Assembly (NCBI GenBank): GCA_963422365.1
Contig: OY729426.1
Coordinates: forward strand, 1,088,001-1,152,000
Source of the DNA: Nitrospirales bacterium
Lineage (GTDB): Bacteria > Nitrospirota > Nitrospiria > Nitrospirales > UBA8639
Length of the DNA: 64,000 nt
Direction: 5' to 3'
Shown here: positions 1-8,804 of the stretch, piece by piece
How positions within the stretch are numbered: the stretch's first letter is position 1
Layout of the letters: each line of letters begins with the position of its first letter
Translations under genes and position numbers: made by a program
Notes under the pieces: generated by a model
The model's input: the letters and a program-made list of their open reading frames with translations, nothing else
Database searches by the model: none
What the model was told of the DNA's origin: nothing

Positions 1-982
1 TCTTTCAGGTCTTCGGCATCAGTTTGCAGCGCTTCATCCTTGAGGCGGTGGGCGGCACATTCTTGGTAACGGCTCTCTGCCAATTTTTTGGCAACTTCCG
101 CTTCCACTTTTCCTGCATGAGTCAGCAGATCATGTTCGTTGAATTGTAAAAAGACATCCAGCTTGTCTGCCACTGTTTCATATTCATGGTTCGGTGTCTG
201 TTTGCTTGATCTTCGGCGTAATCCAAATACATTGTTACGATGCGGTTCAGTCCACTGATCTCTTTTTCTTCAAGATAGTTTTTAGCAATGGATCCGTCAC
301 CTTTTCGCACTTTTGCACCTTGCCAGGAAGTCAGACCCATATTCGGTTTTTGAGAGTCGCTTCTGTCCGTGCTTAACTCGGCGGCGGTTTTGCCCGTTAC
401 CGACCAGAGCATGTTGTTTTGCACTTTTTTGAAAAAGACGTGGGCTTCGTCGGATTTTTTGTCGTAGTCTATGGCCGTGGCGTAAATATCCCGCACTGTT
501 TGGTAGAAACGTTTTTCCGACGACCTGATGTCGCGGATACGTTCCAGCATTTCATCAAAATGGTCAGGGACGGATGAGCTTTTGTCAGGCGGGTTTTTCA
601 GCCGCTCATCGTCCATAATGAAGCCTTTGATGATGTATTCCCTGAGCCGTTGTGTCGCCCAGATGCGGAAGCGGGTAGCAATGATGCTTTTTACGCGGTA
701 GCCGACGGAGATGACCATATCCAGATTGTAGTAATCCAGTTCGTGCCTTACTTCCCGATTTCCTTCCAGGCAAACTGTCAAAAATTTCTTGACAGTTGAA
801 TTCAACAACAATTCCCTTTCTGCATCAATGTTTTGAATATGAAAGCGTATGTTCTGCTTACTGATCTGAAACAATTCCGCCATCATCTGTTGAGTCACCC
901 AGAGTGACTCATCCTCAAGACGAACTTCCAGCTTTATTTTTCCATTTTCAGTCTGATAAAAAAATTGTCGCCTGATGCCATG
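1..982 (-). pseudogene. Virulence RhuM-family protein, frameshifted near both ends; runs off the window edge
   Basis: ORF 122..898 has RhuM motifs (YNLDMVISVGYRVKS, FRIWATQRLREYIIKGF, RIRDIRSSEKRFY). The N-terminus (YQTENGKIKLEVRL) lacks an in-frame start across a poly-T run at ~958-964. The true C-terminus (KLDVFLQFNEHDLLTHAGKV) continues in another frame from ~165. Confidence 0.8.
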
Positions 983-999
983 CCGTGCTCTTGTTTTGT

Positions 1000-1460
1000 A
1001 GCTTATTCATCCTTCTTCTGCAGCAGTAACAGAATTAACCCAATGATCTTTTCCTTATCTTTCGCGTGACTCTCCGCCACCAATAACGTCAAAACCGTCA
1101 GGGCCTCTGGAGTGAGACTGTCCTGCAGAAGCCCTGCTTTACGTAAAAACCAGATAACGCAAACGCCCTGCTTCGTTTGTTGCCGTCCACGAAGGGATGA
1201 TTGTTCACCATGAAATAAAGAAGGTGTGAGGCTTTTTCTTCAACCGTTGGATACAGGTCTTGACCACCAAAGGATTGAAACACGTTGCCGACAATCCCGT
1301 GTACGGCATCTTTGTTTTTTTCCTGACCGAAAAGATCCGTTGCTTGTTTTCGTACGAGCAGTTCCTGCTTTAGCTCGTGCAGTGCCTGTGTCAGTTCATC
1401 AGCCGTAAAAGTCGCGTCTTTTTTCGTTGCTCAGTTTTTAGGGAAGTTTTGGGTGTCATA
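1000..1460 (-). pseudogene. Fic/Doc (death-on-curing) family fragment
   Basis: ORF 1098..1283 contains QSFGGQDLYPTVEEKASHLLYF and the Fic motif HPFVDGNKR. The flanking frames are broken and the boundaries are approximate. Confidence 0.7.
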
Positions 1461-1854
1461 GGCATCCAGGGAAAATCAGGTGTTCGCAAAAGCCTCTACA
1501 AGTTCCAGAACGTCCTGTGTCTGGATTTGTATTATCTCTAGGCAATAGTGTTTTGAGACCGCCAACCCCCTGTAAGAATGTCTCGTAATTTTCGGTCGTT
1601 TTATTTCTTCGCTTTCTCTTCATGACTTTTTCTCCAATGTAACTCTCTTTCAGCAGTTCTCCGGCCTTTATCGCTTCTGAAAAAATCACATTTTTGACAC
1701 ATATGGCACCATATCTTCTCAAAAAATATATTTATTGAGAAGATAACGGCAGAAATGAGCCTCTTTAAGGACTTTTGGGGGAAAAATTTCAGCCCAGCAT
1801 GTTCTCTGCCGAAAAGGCAAAGAGAGGGCCGAATCGTCAAGGTTGGTCTCTTGG

Positions 1855-2532
1855 CTATTCTGCGAGGTGGGCGATTAGTCGGTTGGCGAGCCGATGGGAT
1901 TCAGGAAAAATTTTCTCCGCTGATTCCAGTAAGGCCTCTGTTGTGGTTTGTGCTCGTTCCACGTCGGTGGAACATTCGCGGCAGAGGGCTTTGACTCCTT
2001 CGGTTTCCAATTCCAGATGAAATAAGAGCCCGTAGGCGCGTTCCCCATACCGGAAGGCTTGAATGGGATAGAACTCGGATGAGGCGAGCCAGAGCGCCCC
2101 TGGCGGCAGCGTGAACCCCTCGCCATGCCACTGAAAGACAGTAACGTGGCGAGGAAACGTTCCAAAAACAGCATCCGTCTCTTCTTCGACGGTGCATACG
2201 ATCGGGGTAGGTCCGATTTCCAGTCGAGGGCCGGGACTGACCTGGCCTCCCAAGACCTTTGCCATGAATTGAGAGCCCAGGCATACGCCTACAGCCGGAA
2301 TTCCTGCCTCGATCGTGTGTCGAATAAACTTTTGTTCTTTCTCAATCCAAGGATCAGAATCATTCACGGACATGGGGCCTCCCATGACCAGTAGGAGATC
2401 CGGAGGCGTGGGCGGAAGCTCTTGTTGAGGGACAAGCAGCGTTTTGAGCTGATAATGACGTTCCTCTAACGCCTGTCGAAACACGCCGGGACCTTCAAAG
2501 GGAACGTGTTGGAGGCAGAGGGCCTGCTTCAT
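1855..2532 (-). CDS. Type 1 glutamine amidotransferase (GMP synthase-like GATase)
   Basis: LQHVPFEGPG, VMGGPMSV, GVCLGSQ nucleophile motif, FHLE; probable start MKQ at 2532. Confidence 0.85.
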   Translation of the reverse strand: MKQALCLQHVPFEGPGVFRQALEERHYQLKTLLVPQQELPPTPPDLLLVMGGPMSVNDSDPWIEKEQKFIRHTIEAGIPAVGVCLGSQFMAKVLGGQVSPGPRLEIGPTPIVCTVEEETDAVFGTFPRHVTVFQWHGEGFTLPPGALWLASSEFYPIQAFRYGERAYGLLFHLELETEGVKALCRECSTDVERAQTTTEALLESAEKIFPESHRLANRLIAHLAE

Positions 2533-2570
2533 GGTGACGACGGAGTAAGGAAAGAATGAGAACGTCGCGA

Positions 2571-3239
2571 TTACGAACGGGGGCAGCCGTTTTTGGCATT
2601 CACGCATTCCACCAAATACCAATACTGGAAGGGATCCATTTTTTCCTGTTTCATCACCTGAAGGGGCGTGCCTTCAAGTACATGATGTAAGGATAAATCC
2701 GTGCGGAAGCCTATCCGTTGGCATATGGGGGAAATCAGTTTCTCTACCGCGGCGATTAGTTTATTTCCGTTGCTGAAGTGGTTCAACATGACAATGCAAC
2801 CGCCAGGGCGGCAGACACGAATCATCTCCGACACGACTTTCCGATAATCCGGGACAGCGGTGACCACGTAGGCAGCCATGACCAAGTCGAAGGTATTGTC
2901 TTGAAAAGACATGTGTCCCGCATCCATGCGCTGCAGCGTGACGTGATCGAGCCCATGCTTGGCAATGCGCTCCTCGGCCTTTTTCAGCATGCCTTCCGAG
3001 AGGTCGATCCCCACAATTTGACAGTGGATCGGATACAAGGGCAATGCCATGCCCGTGCCCACGCCGACTTCCAGTACGTGATCATTGGGAGAGACGTGGA
3101 GGCCTTTGACGGCCGATTCCCGTGATTGATCAAAGGCCTTCCCGAAGGTTTGGTCATAGACCGACGAGTAATTCGTATAGACCCGTTCCAGGCTTTCAAG
3201 ATTCATAGCCTGTTCTTGTTGGTTCATTCTATTTTCCAC
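2571..3239 (-). CDS. Class I SAM-dependent methyltransferase, PmtA-like phospholipid N-methyltransferase
   Basis: VLEVGVGTG SAM motif, GIDLSEGML, YVVTAVPD, RVCRPGG..NHF. Confidence 0.75.
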   Translation of the reverse strand: MENRMNQQEQAMNLESLERVYTNYSSVYDQTFGKAFDQSRESAVKGLHVSPNDHVLEVGVGTGMALPLYPIHCQIVGIDLSEGMLKKAEERIAKHGLDHVTLQRMDAGHMSFQDNTFDLVMAAYVVTAVPDYRKVVSEMIRVCRPGGCIVMLNHFSNGNKLIAAVEKLISPICQRIGFRTDLSLHHVLEGTPLQVMKQEKMDPFQYWYLVECVNAKNGCPRS

Positions 3240-3583
3240 ACAAGACCTCTGCTTATTTGAGGGATCAGTCAGTGACAGCTACAATAACTCTCATTCAGGA
3301 GGTATGATCAGGGCGCGATCCCGTTCTGCTCAATAACCGTCGGAAGGCCCACTTGGAACGGGCATGATAAGAAAAAGACCTTAACACTACGTCACAGGAT
3401 GAGTCAACCATTTGCTTTCCCCATCCTTTCTCATCCGTCCCGATCGGTGTGACAACTGGAGGGCTGATAAGCGTTGAAAAGAGGCAAGGTGGTTTCTTGC
3501 AATTTAGCAGGGTGTTGGTGAGCCGGTTCCTTGTTGATCCCTTCATAATCCATATCCATTTCTCAACGAAAAGGAGAGACGGC

Positions 3584-4246
3584 ATGCGTTCATATGGACG
3601 ATACAATCACCAGAAAAAAGGACTCGGGTTCATGCTGCTGTGCTTGTTGGGAGGAATGGGTTCGCCGGCGTTTGCGATTGACGTCCAGTTAACCCTGGAG
3701 CAAGCCAGGCAGATCATGGACTCAGCCCGAGAGCCCATGGAGCAGGCTGCTTCCAATGATGAAATGTTTGGCATCATCAAAGCGGCGGATAAAAACTCCC
3801 GCATTGGGGACGATCCTGCCACCAAACCTTGTGGCAGTAGCGTGATTTTACGAACGAAAACCTATTGGTTCGAATATTTTGGACGCGAAGAAGGCCGACG
3901 GTCCAAGGTTGCTCAACAACAAGTCCGGATGCCTGAAGCCAACATCCAGGAAATTCTGAATATGCCGAATCTTGAAATGGAGATCGGGCTATGCGGGCCG
4001 GAAGAGTTTTTTGCTGAAGGGGCGGACGTGGCACTGCAACAAGGGGCGACGAACGTGATGGCCGTGGATAAAGGCAAGCCCAGCCGTGGCCGGAAAATTC
4101 CTGGATCCGAGATGGAGTATGTGTCTCGGTTTTCCGCCCGATTTGCCTATCGGGATTTTGACCCGCAGGCTGTGACGAATATTGTCGTCTTTTTCCCGGA
4201 CGGGCAATTGATTAGTATTGAGGCAGACTTTTCCAAGATAAAGTAA
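3584..4246 (+). CDS. Hypothetical exported protein
   Basis: AAGGAG RBS before ATG 3584; signal-peptide-like N-terminus ending PAFA. Confidence 0.65.
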   Translation: MRSYGRYNHQKKGLGFMLLCLLGGMGSPAFAIDVQLTLEQARQIMDSAREPMEQAASNDEMFGIIKAADKNSRIGDDPATKPCGSSVILRTKTYWFEYFGREEGRRSKVAQQQVRMPEANIQEILNMPNLEMEIGLCGPEEFFAEGADVALQQGATNVMAVDKGKPSRGRKIPGSEMEYVSRFSARFAYRDFDPQAVTNIVVFFPDGQLISIEADFSKIK

Positions 4247-4311
4247 GTGTGCCGGGCAGAAAGCTCGGGCCTATCGGACAGCCCTCCCCGCACGACCATC
4301 ATTGTCGAATG

Positions 4312-6057
4312 TTAGGATTCAGGGGAGTCCGTTTCCAATTCCACCATCCGCAGTGTATACAGATGGCGGTACAGGCCGTCCTGTTGCATCAGTGCCGTAT
4401 GCGTGCCTTCTTCGACTATTCTGCCCTTGTTGAGAACAAAAATCCGGTTGGCTTCCTGAATGGTCGTGAAGCGGTGGGCAATGACCACGGTCGTCCGTCC
4501 TGCCATGAGTCGTTGTAACGCGTGCTGGACCAACATCTCGGATTCGGAATCCAGCGCCGAGGTCGCTTCATCCAAAATTAAAAGCCGAGGATTTTTGAGG
4601 ATGGCGCGGGCAATCGCAATGCGTTGCCGTTGCCCCCCCGAAAGATTGACGCCTTTTTCGCCGACCAATGTGGCGTACCCATCAGGCAGAACCGAAATAA
4701 AATCGTGGGCGTGAGCGGCCCGACTCGCTGCAACAAGGTCTTTTTCTGACGCGTCTTCTCGTCCATATCGAATATTTTCCAGGATTGTGTCGCCGAATAA
4801 GATGGTTTCTTGGGGCACGATAGCCACTTGTCGATACAGGCTGGTCAAATGCACGTGCCGAAGATCTTGATCGTCGATCGTGATGCACCCTTCGACAGGA
4901 TCATAAAACCGGTGTAACAGATTCGCGATTGTACTTTTCCCCGACCCCGTGGGACCGACTAACGCCACGATTTCCCCTGGATGCACGTCAAAGGAGAGAT
5001 CGGTGAGCACCGGGTGACGCGGATCATACGCAAAACTCACGTGTGAAAAGTTGATATGGCCTTGAATGTCTCGCAACGCTCTGGCTTGTGGGGCATCAGT
5101 CACCTCTGGCGTGGTGTCGAGTAACTCAAAGACGCGTTGCAGGGCACCCTGTCCCTCCTTCATTTTTGAAAAGATTCGTGCCGCTGATCCAAAAGGGCCG
5201 ATTAAAATTCCCGCAAACAACACGAAGGCTAAGAGGTCCCCAGGCGTCATGGCCCCATCGATGACTTGTGTGCCGCCGTACCAAAGGACCGCCCCGGCCA
5301 TCATAAACGTCAAGAGGGTGATGATGGGGATAAACACGGAGAGGATTTTGGCCCGGGAGAGCGTCCTGGCACCCAACGCGTGTACCGCTGTGCCGAATCG
5401 TCCTTCCTCTCGGGTCGTCTGGACAAAGGATTTCACAACTCGAATCCCCGAGATCACTTCTTCAATGAGCGTAGAAAGAGAGGCGGTGTGATCTTGTATC
5501 TGCGTAGAGAGGGACTTCAATCGCTGTCCAAACAGACGGGCCACGAAGACCAAGAGCGGAAGCAACAAGACAATAAGCAGACAGAGTTTCCAATTCATGA
5601 ATAACAAAAACCCGATTCCGCCGATCAGCGTCACCAGTTGTTTGGCGGAATCGATGGGGGTTTCGGTCACGAGGTTCTGAATCACCCCCACGTCGTTCAT
5701 GAGCCGCGAAAGAATTTCCCCCGTTCGTCGTTTTGCAAAAAAACTGAGGGACAGGGTGTGCAAATGACGAAACAGGTGTGTGCGAAAATCGGCGATGATC
5801 AGTTGAGAGAGACGGGTGGTCAGATAAGTCTGCCCCATGGTCAAGACACTTTGGATGATGGCGATTACCAGAAAAAGCAGAATCGTTTGCGTCATGCGTT
5901 CAACATGACGTTGAACCGTGATGAGGTCCCATAATGTGCCTCCGAGTTTCAGCAACGTCAGGTTGAGGGCTGCCACGCCCATGATCAAGGCTCCGGCCAA
6001 TATCATTTGAGAAAGATAGGGACGAAGAAACGGGAACAGGCGAGAGTATTGACTCAT
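4312..6057 (-). CDS. MsbA-like ABC exporter (permease plus ATPase)
   Basis: N-terminal TM domain, Walker A GPTGSGKS, LSGGQRQR signature, LILDEATSALD. Confidence 0.9.
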   Translation of the reverse strand: MSQYSRLFPFLRPYLSQMILAGALIMGVAALNLTLLKLGGTLWDLITVQRHVERMTQTILLFLVIAIIQSVLTMGQTYLTTRLSQLIIADFRTHLFRHLHTLSLSFFAKRRTGEILSRLMNDVGVIQNLVTETPIDSAKQLVTLIGGIGFLLFMNWKLCLLIVLLLPLLVFVARLFGQRLKSLSTQIQDHTASLSTLIEEVISGIRVVKSFVQTTREEGRFGTAVHALGARTLSRAKILSVFIPIITLLTFMMAGAVLWYGGTQVIDGAMTPGDLLAFVLFAGILIGPFGSAARIFSKMKEGQGALQRVFELLDTTPEVTDAPQARALRDIQGHINFSHVSFAYDPRHPVLTDLSFDVHPGEIVALVGPTGSGKSTIANLLHRFYDPVEGCITIDDQDLRHVHLTSLYRQVAIVPQETILFGDTILENIRYGREDASEKDLVAASRAAHAHDFISVLPDGYATLVGEKGVNLSGGQRQRIAIARAILKNPRLLILDEATSALDSESEMLVQHALQRLMAGRTTVVIAHRFTTIQEANRIFVLNKGRIVEEGTHTALMQQDGLYRHLYTLRMVELETDSPES

Positions 6058-6104
6058 GGCAAGGGACGTTCGTTAGGCGTCGGTCGGCAGAATGGAGAAA
6101 CACA

Positions 6105-6235
6105 TGCCATGAGGCATGTCCCTCGTATCAGGGTACGGGGCAGGCTCTGCCTCCGGGCAGGGCTGGGGCCGAGACCATCCATCTTTTCGTAGTAGGAGCA
6201 TCTCATGCGGTCTGACAGAAGGTGCCACATGAGCC
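6105..6235. repeat. GTAG-type REP/REPIN-like palindromic element, degenerate copy
   Basis: GTAGGAGCATCTCATGCGG (6192-6210) and CCATGAGGCATGTCCCT match modules at 41723, 44601 and 50400. Confidence 0.55.
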
Positions 6236-6753
6236 TGCCCTTGACCTTGATCGGGGGATGGCGCGGTTACACGGGATTACAAAAGGGCCGCGACACGGTT
6301 CTACATCAATGGAATCAACAAATTCCCGACTCCCCATGCAGCCCCGCTCACCCGAATTGTGGTTCGTGTTCCCAGGAGCATCTTCCACACCTAGTGATGG
6401 AATGGTAAATCTTAGTTCCGTCGACGAGCAAATTTCATGCGTCGGCGAAGTTTTTTATGCTTATGCTTCCGCATTTTTTTTTGTCGTTTTTTGACTACAC
6501 TCGCCATTCACACTCCTTTTTTTCCTCACGGGGAAGGTGGTTGCGCTTCTGGGGTCTTACTGAAAGCAAAGAGAGATGTGCTCCAAGGTGCGGAGTGGTT
6601 TCACAGGTAACATAGCGTTTCAGGAAGTGTCAAGAAAGGAACGGGGTCTGTCTCCATGAGTCGTCAGGTTGCCTTGGAAGTAGCAGGATCCTCCATGGGA
6701 GTCAGGGCACGTTCCCTCTCCCGTTGTACGGACGGAACAGGTAACACAGGTTT

Positions 6754-7543
6754 GTCTTAATCCCTTCTTCATCAGGTCTTCACTTCAGACCTTGCGCCCC
6801 CGCCCTACGGGCGGGGGGGCGATAAATGCTGATTAATATTCCGCCTCACGCGCGGCGATCATCTCGCGGGCCTCATCCCATTTGGGTTGCCGGCGCGTGG
6901 CGGCACCCACGCGTTGGATGATGGCCTCGGCATTGCGTTTGCGTTCCAGAGTCCCCCGGCCGCCGCCGGCGATCTCAAGCGCAAACTCGCTGAGCGAGCG
7001 CCCCATCCGAGCGCTATGGCACCCCACGCAGGCGGTGACCAGATTGCTCGGATGAGTATTGCCGTCACCGCCGGTCACATCGTCGATGAGCAGGCCGGCA
7101 CACTCCTCATCCTCGATCACCTGCCCGCAGTATACGCAGGCCAGGTGATCCCGCAGGTAGATGCTAGTTATGGTGGTTATATCCATTGTTTCCCCCTTGC
7201 GCCCCCCGCCCTACGGTCTTAATCCCTTCTTCATCAGGTCTTCACTTCAGACGAAGAATAAAAATCGGGAACGGGCTCTCATCGACCGTCTTAATCCCTT
7301 CTTCATCAGGTCTTCACTTCAGACCCGGATCGGCCGTTTAATGATTAGCATAAAATTAAGAAGGTCTTAATCCCTTCTTCATCAGGTCTTCACTTCAGAC
7401 TCCGCCGAGAATCAGAGAGGGACGTGCACGGGATCGTCTTAATCCCTTCTTCATCAGGTCTTCACTTCAGACAATGGAGATTAAAACTTATGTGAGTACC
7501 GGGAGAGTCTTAATCCCTTCTTCATCAGGTCTTCACTTCAGAC
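6754..7543 (-). CRISPR. CRISPR array: 6 identical 37-bp repeats and 5 spacers (425, 35, 39, 35, 34 bp in + order)
   Basis: GTCTTAATCCCTTCTTCATCAGGTCTTCACTTCAGAC at 6754, 7216, 7288, 7364, 7436 and 7507. The minus-strand form ends ATTAAGAC (type III-like 8-nt 5' tag) and the leader side abuts cas2. Confidence 0.98.
6833..7186 (-). CDS. 117-aa HNH/McrA-fold Zn-binding protein encoded inside the 425-bp CRISPR spacer
   Basis: IYLRD..CVYCG...IDD....G...SNLVTACVGCH matches the HNH pattern RD..C.YCG...DH..P..GG...NLV.AC..CN. RBS AAGGGGGA lies 4 nt before the ATG; TAA stop inside the spacer. Confidence 0.8.
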   Translation of the reverse strand: MDITTITSIYLRDHLACVYCGQVIEDEECAGLLIDDVTGGDGNTHPSNLVTACVGCHSARMGRSLSEFALEIAGGGRGTLERKRNAEAIIQRVGAATRRQPKWDEAREMIAAREAEY

Positions 7544-7719
7544 TCCTTTCTCGAAAAAACCCTTTTCTTAGAATGGCTTGCAAAGGGGGTTGCAGGAAAT
7601 GTCCCAGGCTGCAAGAGGAACGTCACTATCATAACGCCGTGCATGGGGGACTCGATCAAACGAAGAAAAACGAAGTATACGATTTTTTTAATCAATCGTC
7701 AGCCTCATCCCCTAGGGAT
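7544..7719 (-). promoter_or_regulatory. CRISPR leader
   Basis: Non-coding, A/T-tract-rich segment between the terminal repeat and the cas2 stop; imperfect inverted repeat AACCCTTT..AAAGGGGGTT near the first repeat. Confidence 0.7.
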
Positions 7720-8043
7720 TCACGGTCGGTCGGGGGGATCTTGGATCAGTGCCAATCGACTCTGTCCGTTTTCGATCAGTAACGTGTTTGTGGCAAAAAA
7801 CTGTTGTCCCAATAGGGTCACGTCACCGGTGGCGGGCAACGGGTACGCCCGAACGTCATCGTGTTTTGGATCAATCATTGCCTCAAGCTCAGACAGGATG
7901 TGATTGAGTCGGGAGTGACTCAGCGGCGCGGCGAAGACGGAATACTGTACCCGACAAGCGTGCTGACACAGATATCTGGCGACCCGTCCCAGGCGCTTGG
8001 GGTCTGCAATATCGTACGCAACAAGATACAATCGCTGACTCAT
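7720..8043 (-). CDS. cas2: CRISPR-associated Cas2 (copy B)
   Basis: LYLVAYDIADPKRL...RVQYSVF...IDPKHDDVRAY. Confidence 0.93.
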   Translation of the reverse strand: MSQRLYLVAYDIADPKRLGRVARYLCQHACRVQYSVFAAPLSHSRLNHILSELEAMIDPKHDDVRAYPLPATGDVTLLGQQFFATNTLLIENGQSRLALIQDPPDRP

Positions 8044-8804
8044 ACGAAATCCACCAAAAAGCCTTGCAGACGGCTGGTCAGCCTGCGCGCAATTCGCGCC
8101 AACCGGTGACTGTGTTGCTCAAATAATGCCACAACGTCACGATCATTGATACGCTGGTGTGCCGGCCGCCGGCTTAACCATTCACTCAGGGGCAGTTGCA
8201 AGGACAGGGATAATAAATCAGCAGAATCAAGGGGTATGTTCAGCCGTTGCTCAAGATAGAGACTGCGTTCGGCACTCAGCCCTGCTTGCTGTAAGACCTC
8301 GTTGGCGAGATTGCTGCACAACCCATGCAAGCGTCGTTGCAGATCACTTCGCTGGCGCGTGTCAACGAATTGTTCCATATGGCGATCCAGCCTGGCACGG
8401 ATTTGCTTGAGCGAGAACTGGTCCGATTGCACGTTCAATGTGCGGCACAGTGCTCGTCGAGCACGGCTGGCAGCCGCAGCGACCCAGATCTGATAACGGT
8501 CAGGCCAGTCGGGGCGGTCCAGGAGATCACGCAGGTGGGTAAACAAGTCATCGTTCGCTCGGCTACGACCAAACACATGCGCCCTGATTGCGCCGTCATG
8601 CCGTAAGAAGGTGACGGTAATGCCACGCTCTGCGCAAGCAAGCAGAGTGGATGTCGCGCATTCCGGTGACCCGGAAATGACAAGACGGGACATACGGCGC
8701 AAGGGGACAAGCACGGCAGCCTGCCCTGATGCCGCGATACTCAAGGATGGGCCATCTAGGTTGATCTGCATCCCTTTCCGACCATGAATGTAACAGGGCT
8801 TCAT
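8040..8804 (-). CDS. Degenerate, probably catalytically dead Cas1 paralog
   Basis: The N-terminal region parallels the adjacent Cas1 (LDGPSL..VPLRRMSRLVI..LLACAERGITVTFL). The C-terminal half keeps AGL and FEQ but lacks the EG, GFYH and DxxE motifs. Confidence 0.75.
   Translation of the reverse strand: MKPCYIHGRKGMQINLDGPSLSIAASGQAAVLVPLRRMSRLVISGSPECATSTLLACAERGITVTFLRHDGAIRAHVFGRSRANDDLFTHLRDLLDRPDWPDRYQIWVAAAASRARRALCRTLNVQSDQFSLKQIRARLDRHMEQFVDTRQRSDLQRRLHGLCSNLANEVLQQAGLSAERSLYLEQRLNIPLDSADLLSLSLQLPLSEWLSRRPAHQRINDRDVVALFEQHSHRLARIARRLTSRLQGFLVDFV

Noticed and set aside
6240..6753. Further degenerate repeats or an ncRNA beyond the last repeat
   Set aside because: No repeat-like or recognisable structured RNA sequence could be supported by eye.
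6791..7215. Insertion sequence or group I intron as the explanation for the long spacer
   Set aside because: No transposase or TIRs, both repeats are intact, and almost no non-coding sequence is available for a ribozyme.
6887..7782. Plus-strand ORFs 6887..7222, 7161..7370 and 7474..7782
   Set aside because: They are antisense shadows or read through CRISPR repeats and leader.
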